Assembly (NCBI RefSeq): GCF_004010195.1
Contig: NC_057719.1
Span: 73,770,928 to 73,834,927 of the forward strand
Length of the DNA: 64,000 nt
DNA from: Chiloscyllium plagiosum
Lineage: Eukaryota
Reading direction: 5' to 3'
Under the pieces are notes generated by a model. That model was not told where the DNA came from. It ran no database searches and was given only the letters and a program-made list of their open reading frames with translations. This document shows, piece after piece, positions 13,189-26,779 of this stretch. The position numbers and the translations under genes are program-made. Position 1 is the stretch's first letter. Every line of letters starts with the position of its first letter.

Positions 13189-14910
13189 TCCCACAGTTAT
13201 CCCAGTCTTCTCCATTGCCATTGACAAAAGGCTTTCTCTTGATGTAGGTTTCCGTTCTACAAGGACCCAGTGGGAATCTGGTTGGAAATCAATTGAGATA
13301 AATAGAAAGGCAACTAAAAACCTTCTTAACTATGAATTCCTTCTTTCCGAGCAGCACACCATGTCTGGGTCATGGCAAGGTCACTGTGGGGAGGGCACAA
13401 GGGGGAGTAGCTTCCTTGGTGAAATTGACAGGCTTGGAAGGCTTTGATCAGTTACAATGAAGAAAAATATCTGTGGTCATTGAGAAGCTTGAGCATGGAG
13501 TACTTTTTCCAAGTGAGAGATTTCACAACATAGATGGTTGGAAGACACTGCATTTTTCTTGTCCTTCGCTCACCTTCAGTCATGTTTCCTAGCTGCCAGC
13601 CTTCAGCATGGTATATGAGGCCCTTATCCTTTCCTGAATGAAGAAGACTCCCCCCAAGGCCTGTAAATAAAGCAACGGGCTCATTCGTGTTCTCTTACCT
13701 TCACTACATTGAGAATCACAACTAGCAACCCGCAATCTGTTCCTGCTCATGTCTCGTATCACCACTGCATCTAAGTTTTCACACACTTTTGACAGCTCCG
13801 ATTAGGTACAGATGGAGCCAAACCAATGCCTCAAACATTATTACTTAATTTACAATACTGGAGGATGTGTGTGGAGAATTCAAATGTTAAATTAGTGTCC
13901 CCGACTGAGAGCTTAAAGAAGGCAAAGGACAACTTGTTCGAGAAAGATTAAGCATCTAATTGTTTACCAGACACAGCACTCTGACACGGTATTTGCAAAC
14001 TCCTCTATATTGCATTTGTGTCCATAGTTCCCAACATGCAGATCTGTGCCTTGTCATCAGGGGGTCAGAATTGGCTGAGGTCATGTGTTATGTAGACTTC
14101 CTAATGCAAATGGAACACTATAGTTCCCTGATTGAGGCCAAATTGTCTTCTAAACTGACTTCTAAGGGATGTAAATAGTTCATTTCAGAGAGCTCAAATT
14201 TCCTGTGGACTTAATAACTGGCCTTAGTCTGCTATCTTCTCCCAACAGCATATCAAGGAAGTAATGTTATTCATGACCCTGCAACTCACTTCTCCGGACC
14301 ATGCCAGTCTCGTGTGTTGGGAAAAATAGTTGCAAATTGAGAAAGATCAAGAACGATAGGGCACATGTTTAAAATAATCAGCAAGAGAAGCAAAGGTGAC
14401 ATGAGGAAAAACGTTTTCATGCAATGAGTGGTTAGGATCCGGAATGCACCAACTTGGAAGTGTGGTGGAGGCAGGTTCAATCGACGCATTCAGGAGGAAA
14501 TCAGGTGATATTTGAAGAGGACAAATCTGCAGAATTTAGGCGGAGAAAGCAAAAGAATGGCACTGGGTGATTGGCTCATGCAGAGAGCTGACACAGACAT
14601 AAAGGGTCAAGTGACCTCCCTCTGTAACAACTCTGACTCCACTGTCCAATGTGTCAAATTTGACTTGAAACAATTTGTGCCAAATATTTTGCAAATGACC
14701 ACGAATCAAATCAATGTCTTTTACTGTTATGAGATGCACAGCCAGTTTTTGGTCACAACATTGGCATAAAGAATTACTTTAGCTGAATTCAATGCCAATT
14801 ATTGTAGCTGACGATGTAGTGGTACAGATGGAACTAAATCCTTTGTCATCTTTCTTGGTGTGGGCAATCTGGTGGTTCTGTTTTGATGGACTTCCCTTTT
14901 CCTCTTACAG

Positions 14911-15096
14911 GAAGAGTTGCATAACTGGATCCGCAATCTCAACGCAGCAATAGCAGAACAGGACAAGCCGCAGAGTACAAGACATGGTGAAGTCAAGGCA
15001 CATACCCTACCTCTCCCGTCTGTGATCGCTCCAGAAACAAGTCCTGGCAAAAAGGACAAGGAAAAAAGATTTAGTCTTTTTGCAAAAAAGAAATGA
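14911..15096 (+). CDS. SPTB: Beta-I spectrin terminal coding exon
   Basis: Strong acceptor cttcccttttcctcttacag|GAA. Encodes EELHNWIRNLNAAIAEQDKPQSTRHGEVKAHTLPLPSVIAPETSPGKKDKEKRFSLFAKKK*. VKAxxLPLPS...GKKDKEKRFS resembles the SPTB long-isoform C-terminus more than SPTBN1. Confidence 0.93.
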   Translation, partial: EELHNWIRNLNAAIAEQDKPQSTRHGEVKAHTLPLPSVIAPETSPGKKDKEKRFSLFAKKK

Positions 15097-17290
15097 TCAG
15101 TGTTAAAACAAAAAGGAAACAAAATGTTTAGTGCCTACATTACAAAATGGTGGCAGTCATCAGACTGCACCAGATTTTGGGGAATGAGGGAGGACCGTTT
15201 CTTCAAACGTAAATATACATTTCATCTTTATAGGAAGTGATGAGAAAGCATTTTTTTTAATTTACAGAAACCCTGCATGTCATCCCGAACAAAAAAATGT
15301 GCTGAGAATTATTTTTTAAATGACATACAGTTTAATTTGTATTTTGGTGAAACTGCTACATATTTTCTTTTCCAAAGTAAGTTCTTACTAGTCTTTGTTA
15401 ATGGCCGAGATATGTAAATCTAGATTAAATAGAGCTTTAAGATTACAGCAAATTACCTAGGCACATTTTTGGTTCTTGAGCCAGCACAGTAGTGATTTCT
15501 TGTATTAGGCTAGTCTTTTACACATTCTGTAAAACAATTATGGAACAATGGGACTCCAATAACACTGTTTAAGTTAAATTGCCACTACCAAAGAATATTT
15601 TTGAAAAAGAGTATTTAACAATTCTAAGCTGAGGTCAATTTATTTTCAAAGCAAAATGAATTATAATGTTTTTGGGCAGGAAATTGTGGAAGATTGATAA
15701 ATGTTAAGTGGTTCAGCTTCGAAATGGTTAAAAATACCAAGTTTGTACTGTATACATCAAGAGTTGGAGGCATCTATTCTGTACATTTTGGCACGTGTTT
15801 TGTAGTACTGACATAGATTACATTTTAGCAAATTAAGGATTTTTTAAATTTGTAGAAGCTTTATCTGGTCAAACTGCCTTCGTGGTAAGAGTTATTGTGG
15901 CCACTGTGTATTGTGACATCGTAAATGTGTTCAGGAGAATTCAGTCTATTGATTGTTTTAAGCAAAATCAAATCTGTTCCTTTAGGAAATCTTCACCAAC
16001 ATGTACAATGTCAGCACACACACACAGATCAGAAGAGTCACTGCCTGTTTTTTAAGTTGTTGCTTGCAAACAAAGGGCTTTCTATTCAAAATGCATTGAT
16101 ATTTCTATTAATTACGTAAAAAGACTTTTAACTATTTGTTTTCAAGATGTCAAACATTTCCAACCAGCCACTTTTGACTGATAACTGAAGAAGCCCTTTC
16201 GATATTTAACTTGAGTTATAAATATCACATGAAAGAAAGTTGGGGAAAAGTCAGTCTACACACATAAAAGGTGCTTATTTTTTATCTGAATCATTCTCTT
16301 TGTTCTATATTGTGTTTGGTTGAGATTTTTCATTTGAAAGTTTTATTCTAAAACCACATTGGAAATATGAGACAAGCTATTTAGGTTGATGCTATAATTT
16401 GGTTTTTTTTTGATAGAATGTTTGAAAATTCTGTGTTACATCAGATTAAACAAAATCTGTGCATTATCCCTGCAAAGGTGGAAATCTCAAAGGGGATTTG
16501 TTCAGGTCATTTTTTTTTTCTACATTAAAATATAGGTTAAATGCTCTCTTTGAGATCTTTTCTCACATCTCACTTCTTAGAACATGTAGCAACTAGTTCT
16601 GCCTTGAAAGAAGACTTCTGTCCTGACTTTAGGCATTCTACACAACAGCTGGTCCTTCAAATAGGAATCATTACTATATTACTGGGACTGTCATCAAGTG
16701 GTCACGAAGGCAAGGTGATCATTAAGACAATTTCAGGCGTGATGAAAGAATAAGTTTATAATTGCAGAGTTACCAGTTTGATATAATAAGGAATGACTGA
16801 ATCTTCTACCAGGCTACTTTGACCTTCAGAGATGCACGGGTATAGACATGTTGGTAGAGTTGGCTTTAGCTATTGACCCAACTAAACTTATTTAACTTTT
16901 AACAATTTTTCTCAAACATCTGACAGTATCTCCCCAGTGCTGTTCTGGGCTTCTGCTCAAAACTGTTGCCATGATAGGGTTAATGTTAACCTAATGTCCA
17001 GGATTCATAGAATTAACTTCATCCCTCACTTCCTTACAATCCTCAAGAATGTTAAAGGGGTGTGCAAATTGTTGATAGTCTCTAATTTGACTGTCAGGTT
17101 CCATTAGAAGTATTTGTCAGGAAGATGGTATAATTGAAAATTATTCTAAGTAACATACTGGATTGCTTTGTGGCTAGTTTGTATTTGAGTGACAGAACTA
17201 AAAAATAAGGTGCTTCAGAACTCTCAGCACCTGATTCCCTGATTATCTTAATATAAATCGAAACTAATAAAACATGAGTCATCTTGTGTT
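15097..17290 (+). other. SPTB: Probable SPTB 3' UTR (end uncertain)
   Basis: AT-rich, repeat-free sequence after the stop. The first AATAAA I found is at 17266-17271, with others at 19033, 20020 and 20489. ATTAAA variants occur earlier. Confidence 0.5.
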
Positions 17291-20200
17291 AATAGGTGGC
17301 ACATGTGAAATGATATTGATAGATTTTTGTTTGGTGTTTGAAACTTTCTGCCAAAATGAAGGATTATAGAACTGGGGAAACAAATGCTTATCCACTTTTC
17401 CACTCTCCAGCATGTGATGTCAGTATCATACACCTTTAGGTCAACTTTATCACTGTCATAAATTACACTGCCCAAAGAATGTGCCTTAAGCCAACTTCAG
17501 AAGAGGACCTTCTAATATGCCAGGCTGATTTTCTTTTCACTTTGCATACTTGTCACCCTCATGCCAGCTTTTCAGTAAGGAAGTCAGTTCCGTGCCAAAT
17601 TGTAGGGAGTTTGTACTCGGTGTGTATTTCCAAGTGTGGCTGACTAATTTCCTAAATTATGTTTGTCTTAATTAGGGGCTTTAATTCACTGACAATGGTT
17701 CAATGTAAGTGCATGTGCCTATAAGAGCTGTAAGTGGACAATGGTGCATTGTTAAATGAGCAACTCCTGGTCCACAGTCAAGATTATAAGGAGTCTCTGA
17801 ATGATTAAACCTGTTTAGTGCCAAATTGTGTATAGCTTTGCACTGCAGAGCTATTCTGACTCAGAACTAGATAGTGAATGCCCAAATGATTGTAGGCAGA
17901 AGAGACGTGGTTTATCCTACTAATCTCAGTTAGACTAAACTCAGTTTCTAGAGAGGAAAGGGTGATGTGCTATTAAGCTTCTCCAGAAGCAACCTTGGAA
18001 TGAGCCAAAATATTCAGCATGTTCTACATCTTGCTATCTTGTACATTACATGTTACGTATGCTTAAAGATTGATTTCCATTTTGATTGTCCATTCTGGTG
18101 TTCTGAGGCAGAAATCTAATCTGAACTTTGAAATTACTCAATTAGGGTGCATCTTTGAAGCCAAAGTCATGGTCTGTGATGATCTTAATGATTTAGGGTT
18201 CAACCGCATCAATAACAGCCACCAAAAAAAAGATAAACCTTCAAACTACCCTTGTTGCCAAATGTTAAAGAGTATGGGAAAATTCCACTGGTTTAAGCAC
18301 CATTTTCTTCTCCTTTTACCTCTTTGGCGTAGAACTTTGCAATACACGTACTGAGTAATAGCTTCATCTGTATCTTTAGACCTCTGCAGTGTTGTAATGA
18401 ACTTGCAATCTATTATGGTCCTAGCTTTGAATCAGGTTGATAAGTTGTTTAGTTAAGCCAAATATATTTATGGAACACTGTTATAGCAATAATCACTGTA
18501 AGGTGAATACTTCAAAAAAATTCAACTTGTTCTCACCTGAAAATATGGGCTAGGTTCAGTTTATACTAAGATGCACTCTTATCAGCTCAGCGAGAAGGCA
18601 CTCCCCGAATACTGTATCAGAATTAGTAACATGCAAGTTCATTTTGGGACATAATTGAAATATCAACAAAATTAAATGTCTGTAACAAGTGGCAAAATGT
18701 GTCAGATGCTGATACAGTATAGGTCAATTAATTAATATGTTTAATTAAGCTTAGACTCTAATCAGCTGTCAGTCCCCTTACTCAAGCACAAAACATTTGA
18801 GTACATTCACTAAATTCTGATTCAGTCTTGCACATTTGTACTGTTGCACTCTATGATAAAAGAATTCTCAATTTATTTCTCTAAAATGCCATTGTGATGT
18901 GAGCTTAAATATTACATAGCATTGGAAAAAATGTCTGTAGACCTTAGAAGCATTTGTTTAATGTTTTAGGCTGTAAATTGATTCTGTTTTGTTTTGAACG
19001 TGGTTTAGATTTGGTGCAGCAGACATCAATGGAATAAAAAGACATCTTATATATTTTGATACTGCCGTCATAGCTCATTTCAATTTATTTGTCTTTTTCA
19101 TCTTTTTGTTCTTTGTTTTTGCTGCTGTCTTTTTTATGTGACGGTGAACACGCTTGAAATGTGCTACCCAATGACCATTTCCAGGTGCAAATCGATAATT
19201 GGCACCTCTTGTAAACGTTACCTTCTGAAAACCGGCTACCTCTGGTGCAGCTGTTTTGCTCCTCTGTCTTGGTAGGAAATACATACATACTGTTTATGCA
19301 AAATGGAGAACAACTTAAAGCTGCAAGTGCCTGTCCTCAATTCAACTGAACGCAGATGTTTTAGAACTTCACGATGAACTGGTTAATGAATACCCTCGGC
19401 TGCACGTGAACAGTGAATCGTGCACGTTAATTACTGCCACTAACCTTGCATTTAAATTCCTGAAGTGTGCAGACTCCTGCTGTAGCCCTTATAGTGCATC
19501 CCAGATCTTCCTTAGTGAAGAAACTGCACCCAGTAACATGGCTATTCTCAGTGTGACTTCCTAGGATTGGCATTCTTGAATCAAGATCACATTAGTCTAT
19601 TGATAGATAAAATAAAATTGTTTTTAGATTGCACAAGTATCATATATCTGGTATATTGTTACAGCCTGAATTCACTGCTGTTTTATTGCCCATAGGCAAA
19701 CTCTATATATGTCTCACAATTTTATGGTGGGCATTCATTCTACTCAGATAACACATGAATGAATTTGGACAAAGTTCAGTTTAAGTACATTCAGAATTTT
19801 GAATCCCATGCCACTTAACCACTTGAGATTTTGTTTTTAGTTGTTGGCATAACTGAATTTAAATGAAACCAAATTTAAATTGTGTCTACCACTATAACAC
19901 ACTAATTTGTTTGTTCAGAAGTAGAAATCAGAAGACAGAAAGTCACAAGATTCAGACTATGACTTTGTACTTTCATAAGCTTAAGTAGTATCGTTACAGA
20001 AGTTTATTTAGTTGTAATTAATAAAGTTTACTTTTACAAAATGAATTACTAAATAAGAATATAAAACACACAAACACTCTGGATTAACAACTGAAAATTG
20101 GAAGAGGGAAGCACAGCTGTAACATGACCTTGTATCACCGACTGGGACAATTCACCAATAATAAACTCAAAAGTGCTCAGATTTCATGACCCAAATTCTA

Positions 20201-21439
20201 TACAAAGCTTAGATTTCAAAAGCTTGTCTTTAAACACTTATTCTCATGTGCTTTATAAAAAAATTATAGATACAAAGTTTACAAGCAGACCACTTTTTAT
20301 TGGATTGCCGTATTTCAATCCAGCTTTCAATTCTGCACAAACCAATTATTGTCCAGAGAAAACCTGGACTGAGAATGTAAAGTTGTAAAGGTTACACAAA
20401 TTGCCCTGCAGAAGTAATCATGGGCAAAATTCAATGTAATCAAAGTCACTTGATCAACTGTTCATCCATGTGCCTCATAAAGTAATTTAATAAAGGTTGT
20501 ATTAATGGCAGACAGCTGTTTCACTTACATCTTGAAACACTGTTAAAATGCACTTTCGTGTGTAAATCACTTTTAAGACTGTAATTCTTAAGGAAACCAA
20601 TCCTTTGAGTATGAACGTGTACTTCTAAATGCATTCAGTAATCGGTTATGAAGGGACAATTGAATTTTTTGATGGTTTAACAGTAAACTGTAAATTGTGC
20701 TGGGAAACAAACTGGTCATTGGTAATATTTACTAAAGCTAATTTATCTCCCTAGTGAACATCTAAATTATATTCACAACAAGTAAAGATTTCGCCAGAAA
20801 AGCAGGACTACTGTGTGATACCATGTGGTACACTGCACATGTCTAGGTGACACTGAAAAATTAGCTGACACTGGTCAATGTCTTTTTAAAGTTGGATTAT
20901 AAAATTTCTTGTTTTTATGAAGTCATTCAATTATGTGAATGATAACCTGAAGTGATACATTCGAAGATTATTAATCTTTATTCATGATAGCAAAGTTAAT
21001 CTCTCTGAATAGTCAAGTGTGGAATCTTTTTCACTATTTTGTTTTGTCTCTTAGACTATGCTCAAAGGGGATTTATTCCAGACTTTTCTCTACTCTAGAG
21101 AAGTTATTTCTCAGTTGTCTATTTTCTATATCTCTTATTATGGTCCTATGATCTAAAGAACTTAAGATATTTTTAAGGAATATTGAATTGTCCAACAAGA
21201 GCCCAAGTTGTTGTGCTGCATGTTTTGAAGAGAATTAGCCACTTGTGATGATATAACATTCTGGAAATGAGACATATTCCAATATTCTATTCCCATTTTC
21301 CCATGAAAATTGAACTCACCAAAAATGAACTGGATGATAACTAGTGGATAGCTTAACGAATAATCAAAACAAATCAGTGTCCATTACGAACAGAACATGA
21401 CAACATTAGTTAAAAATGTATGCCCTCAAACAGTTTTAC

Positions 21440-22042
21440 TATCCGAGACGGCGGCAGAGTAGGACTCCTGAGACAGAACTCGTCTGTTCTGATTGCTTTT
21501 CTTTCCTCTTTTCACACTTATCTTTTCAGTTTTATTCTCTCTACTTAACTTATGGAGGAAGCTCGGTCGTGGAAACAGTGGCGGGAGCCCAGAACAGGGG
21601 CTTTTTTGGTCAGCCATGAGGCTGTTGTTGTGCAGAACTCTGGCAGTCAGTGGCATTGTGAAAGTGGCTGGGTGCCCAAAGCAGCACCAGAAAAGGACTC
21701 TGACGGCCTAGGGCAAGGCAGCTGGTCTGCCCTGATGGCAGTCGATGGCAGCACAGAGGAGCAGAGATCGAGCCCTTGTGGGGAAAGCCCAGATTGCAGG
21801 CCCGTAGCTAAAGAAGGGCTGTAATTCGGAACTTTCAACTTTATTTCTCATTTGCTACTTTATACTAAGAAAAACTGTAACATTGAATTTATAACTTATT
21901 TTATTTTTCTACTTTTACCTAAGATTTTGTACCGAGGAACTTATATCTAACATGGCGTCTTGGCAACATTGTAAACATTTCACTATACACCCATATCACT
22001 GTGCTTGAGTAGACATGACAAGAAAACCTAATTCTAATTCTT
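21440..22042 (+). mobile_element. GC-rich non-autonomous retroelement with Rex/Babar-like tail
   Basis: Starts agacggcggcag and ends ttcacta...gtagacatgacaag...(ctaatt)n. The same layout is seen at 46265-46925 (-) and in the tail at 11660-11710. Family assignment is tentative. Confidence 0.5.
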
Positions 22043-22089
22043 TTCCACAATTCTGTCAGATTATTTTTCCTGAATCATACTGCCAGCCA

Positions 22090-22920
22090 CCCATCTTTGT
22101 TCTGTGACCCTTAATGACTCTGCTAACAAAAATCTATTAGTCTCGGTTCTGAAATCTTCAACAGGCCAGAATGTCTCCAGCTTCTTCGGGAGAGTTCCAG
22201 ACTTGCACTCTACTTTGTCTGAAGAAGTGCTTCCTGACATGAACCTGAATCCCTCTAATTTGAAGGTCATGCCCTCAGTAGACTTCACCACCAGAGGGAA
22301 TACAGTCAGTTCTGTTATAACGTGGTAGTTGCGTTCTGGTGCAATCCCGTGTTATAAAAAAATTGCAGCACCAGTTAAACTAATGGGGCCGGAATTGCAT
22401 TATAACCAATGCATGCTTAAAAACTTGGTGCTTTAGAAACAGTGTCCCCAATTAGTCAGTCGTGTTATAGCAGAACGACCAGTAGTTTCTGTCTGCATTC
22501 CTGATTACCTTCCTTCATCACTTTAGACATCTCAATTAGATCACCCTTTAATCTTCTATATTCAAGGACATATAAAAACCTGGTTTATAGAACCTATCAT
22601 TGCAGTTTAACCCTTTAATAATTCTAGAGCCCTCTGCCTTCATCCTTTTGGAGGTGTGGTGCACAGAGTGAAATACTCAAAGTGGGGTCCTAAATGTGAG
22701 TATGTATCTGCAGAAGATGTTCCATTGCTTTGTATTCTATATGTGTTGCAGTGAAGGCCTACATTCTGTTAGACTTTTAACTTTAATTTCTGTGAGTCCT
22801 TTAGATATTAGGAATATCTATACTTTGAATATTTGTCTTTGTGTTTCTCTGCAGCTCTGGCTTGTTATTGTTTGAAAATAGTCCTCTGATCTCCATTAGA
22901 CCTAAAGTGGATGACCAGAC
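22090..22920 (-). mobile_element. Degenerate CR1 LINE (host of a MITE)
   Basis: Reverse CR1 RT C-terminus (FKLEGFR...KVECK...FKTETNRFL-like). Confidence 0.65.
22303..22482. mobile_element. Tc1/mariner-superfamily (pogo/Tigger-like) MITE
   Basis: TA|CAGTCAGTTCTGTTATAACG...CGTGTTATAGCAGAACGACCAG|TA: imperfect TIRs with a TA duplication. A related copy lies at 42620. Confidence 0.8.
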
Positions 22921-22929
22921 AATCTGAAA

Positions 22930-23850
22930 TATGCACTTGCAATTGTCCGAGGTATGCCAATGTCAGGTTAAGCCTTTAAATATGGGCAAGACTGAAGCTA
23001 TTATTTCTGGTCCCCATTGCAAGTTTGAGTCCCTATCTGTCAACTCCATCCCTCTCCTGGGTAACGTTCTCAGACTGAGCCATTCTTTTTGCAGCCTGAA
23101 TGTTACATTTAGTTCCAACATGAGCCTCCAATCTCATATTTGCACCTTTTCTAAGAATGCCTAGTTGAACCTCTCTGATACTGACTTAGTCCACTTCAGC
23201 TCATCCGCTGCCAAAATCCTCATATATGCCTTTGTTATCTCTATATTCAACTATTCCAATGTACTCCTGCTTGTTTTCCCACCTTCTATCCTCATTAAGC
23301 ATGAGGTTATCCAAAGCTCTCCTGCCTCTCTCTTAATTCATACAAGCCCCATTTCACTCTGTTCACTGAGTCACATTGACTCCCAGTAGACCAATGTCAT
23401 ACTTTTAAAACTCTCACCCATGTTTTCATATTCATCCATGGTTTTGGCCTTGGATATCTCTGTAATCTTCTCCAACCATCCCAGATTTCTGCATTCCTCT
23501 AGTTGTGACTGCTACTGCATTCCCAGTTGTAATTGTTCCTCCCTTGGTGGCTTTCAGTAGCCTAGGCCCCAAGATCTGGAATTCCTTCATTTCCACCTCT
23601 GTGCCTTTTGAGACCAATTTTACCCTTTAAAGTGCATCTTATAATCAACCTCTTTGATCAAGCTCTTGATCATCTGAGCTTGAGATTAATTTGTTCCAGA
23701 TTGGTGTTATTTTGCGTGTTCACAGAAAGATTGTTGATCATTCCATGATCTTCTTAAATAGCTCAGTGCCAAACTTTGTTTCAGAATTCTTCTGGTTTGT
23801 ATTTTGGGATGTTTTGTTGCATTAAAGACATTACGTCATTTGTTGTATAA
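22930..23850 (+). mobile_element. L2 LINE 3' portion
   Basis: LNMGKTEAIISG, AAKILIYAFVISIFNYSNVLL and PKIWNS relics, plus an L2 tail. Confidence 0.85.
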
Positions 23851-25454
23851 GAACTATATTTTCATAGTACATCTGTTTGCATTATGTTCGAACAGCAGCC
23901 AAACATCTTTATGTCCTCCTTATTTTCTTAGGGTCCGAACATTGAAATAATTCACACGCCATTTTGTTAACTTTGAAAATTGCTTCCCTAGCATCCTTAT
24001 CTTGAATAGCAACTTGACATCAATGCAGTTTAAGTTTAACGCTTGGTCCTGACAGCTGCTTTTATCAATTGTCAACCAACTTGTGAGTTAAATTTTAAAA
24101 ATCTCTGAAGTTTAAATACATGAGCAGAAAAATATATGCTCATTTTTAATTGAGTTGTTAAAGATTAGATGAGTGGAGTTTGCATTGTTGATTGTTGGAA
24201 AAACCAATCTGGTTCACTAAGTCCTTTAAAGAAGGAAACTGTCATCTGTCCCTGGTCTGGTCTACATGTGACACCATACCCACAGCAATGTGATTGACTT
24301 TTTACTGCCCTCTGGGCAATTATGGATGGGCAATAAATGTTGGCCTAGCCTGTGACACCCTCATCTTGTGAATGAATTTTTAAAAGTTACCCCTATTAGG
24401 AAATTACCCCTAATTTGTTTTTGTGAAAAAACATTGAGATTAAATTGTTCCAGATTGGTGTTATTTTGCGTGTTCACAGAAAGAGTGTTGATCATTCCAT
24501 GATCATTAAATAAACCTACAAAAGCAAGAAGCTGTCTCAACAGATTTGGTACATTGACAACCTATAGTTATATTGTACCTTTAATGTAATAAAATGGCCC
24601 AAGGCACTTCACAGGAGCATTTACACTACAAAACATGATACTAAGTCATGTAAAGAGATAATAGGACCCTCAGGAAGGGGTTGGAAGATGCGAAGGGTGA
24701 AGCTAGTGTTCTGGATGGAAGGCAAAGGGTGAGGAGCCTGTTACCATCACATGCCATTGAATTCTCTCAGTGACCAGGGAATCATGCACAGCCCTCCCAC
24801 CAGAGCCCAACTGCAGACCATTAGAATTCCCAATGACGGAGAAGTCTTCCAACTCATTGGGAGCCCACCTGAGGATCTTTCTGAGGCCTTGGTGTGACAC
24901 CTCCTGATCAGATACCTTTTAGCTCATGGAAGGGCCCCCCTTCCCCTCACTGCTGAGCTTGCAAGAAACCCATCCCCTTCAAAGCTGAGGCCCATCAGCC
25001 CCACTGACCCTGCTCCCAACCCCAGAGCCCATTTACTTTGGTCTCAGGCTGGTACTGCTGGGACTGAGGAATACCAGACCATTGACTGACTAGCAGATCT
25101 TGAAGACAGGACCTTTACCCTAGGAAGTGAGGGAAAGGAATTCTAAAGCTTGCAACCTACCCAGCCAAACCAATGATGGGCTAATTAAAATCAGGGATGG
25201 GCAAGAGGTCAGAACTAGAGGAGTGCAGATATCTTAGTGGTGGGAGTTGCTGGACTGGAGGAGATTACAGAAGTAAGGAGGGGCAAGACCACAAAGGGAT
25301 TTGAAATCAAGGATGAGAATTTTGAAATAAAGACATTGACCTTCATTGACTGCATTACACAATGAGACACAGGCCAATAGGAGAAAGGGACTTAATGTAC
25401 ATTAGAACACAGGCAGCGGAGTTTCCTATGAATTTAAGTATATGTATGGCACAG

Positions 25455-25900
25455 TAAGACCACAAGACCAGAAGAAATAGGAACAGGAGTAGGTAATTTG
25501 GCCCCTGCTGCGTCATTTGATAGGATCATAGCTGATCTGATATTCTTCTCACCCATTTTTCTGCCCTTTCCCCATAACCCTTCGTTGCTCAACTGACCAA
25601 GAATCTATCTATCTCAGTCTTAAATATACGTGAGGATTCTGGTCCCACAATCTCTGTGGCAGAGTTCCAATGATTCTAAACCCTATGGGAGAAGCAATTG
25701 CTACTCATCTCAGCCTTAAAGTTGGCCCCCCGCCCCCTTTATTGTGAGACCAAGCCCTCTGGTCCTAGACTCTCCCATAAGGGGGGACATTCAATATTTA
25801 GCTGTCCAGCCCCTTAAGAATCCCATACATTTCAATGGGATAATCACTTGTTCTTCTAAACTCTGAGTAGAGATTTCCTCATAAGGCAATCCCCCCAAGG
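25455..25900 (-). mobile_element. CR1 LINE 3' end
   Basis: Reverse CR1 tail (taagaccacaagacc...aggaacaggagtagg). Confidence 0.8.
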
Positions 25901-26552
25901 GATTGTTCTAGTGAACAATGTGTGATACCAGCCAGGAGTTCTTTGGAATAGTCAGCTCTAGAGCTAACAAAGGCATGGAGGAGGCTTTTAGCAGTAGGGA
26001 AACTGAGGCAGGTAAAGTTGGCTGATCAGAAAGGAATTCTTGACCAGTCATCCTGTCCAGAATTCTATTTAGCAAATTCCATTGACTCACCTCCACCCCC
26101 AACCACTCTTGCTCTGTCAGACTGACTGTCTAACATCAGCAGTTGTATCACTGCAGATAAGAATCAAACCACACCTGAATTCTGTAGTTTCCAGTCAGGG
26201 AATATCAAAGTTACGATGCTCTGAAGTAAGCAAGCTCCATTCAGTTTCTCATAGTAAAGATTAACTGTCTGGAGTAGGGGGACTGTGTATATCTTCCAAA
26301 CACTGGATGTGCAGAGTGCTGTATTAGCTCAGGGTAGAATGATGAAGAGAGAAATGTTGACCAAGCAGCAAAATTGAGTTGTAAACCATTCTCCAATTCC
26401 CTTGCCAATACCAATCTTGTCAGTTTCTGGGAGATTTGTAACAGTGGCTCAAGCTGATACAATCACTGACTCATTCACTCTTTCTGGCTGGTATCCATAA
26501 CCTTGTCCTGGTGAAGTGAGGGTACTGAAAGATCCATGTATCCGTACCCTGC

Positions 26553-26779
26553 TGAAATAACTCCACAGAGGCCGGTATCCCATCAGCAAGCCCCCCTTTA
26601 TTTACAGGTGGCGAGTCCTTGACACTGATCCAACTGCCTCAGAGCCAGCTCTCAGAGTGAACAGGATGTCTGACACTCCCGTTTATATCTATCAGCTAGG
26701 ATTCCCTGATTGGGGGTGTAAATGTGGTCCAATCAAGGAACTCCTATTCTATGATACCCACCTGGCTGACCTCATGACA
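26553..26779 (-). mobile_element. Solo LTR (227 bp)
   Basis: TG...CA ends flanked by a 5-bp direct repeat CCTGC (26548-26552 and 26780-26784). The minus strand has CCAAT boxes, GATATAAAC and AATAAA in LTR order. Confidence 0.85.

Noticed and set aside
5886..15096. SPTBN1 or SPTBN2 as the gene identity
   Set aside because: EGPNKKASNRSW and VKAHTLPLPS...GKKDKEKRFS fit SPTB better. Phylogeny or synteny would be decisive.
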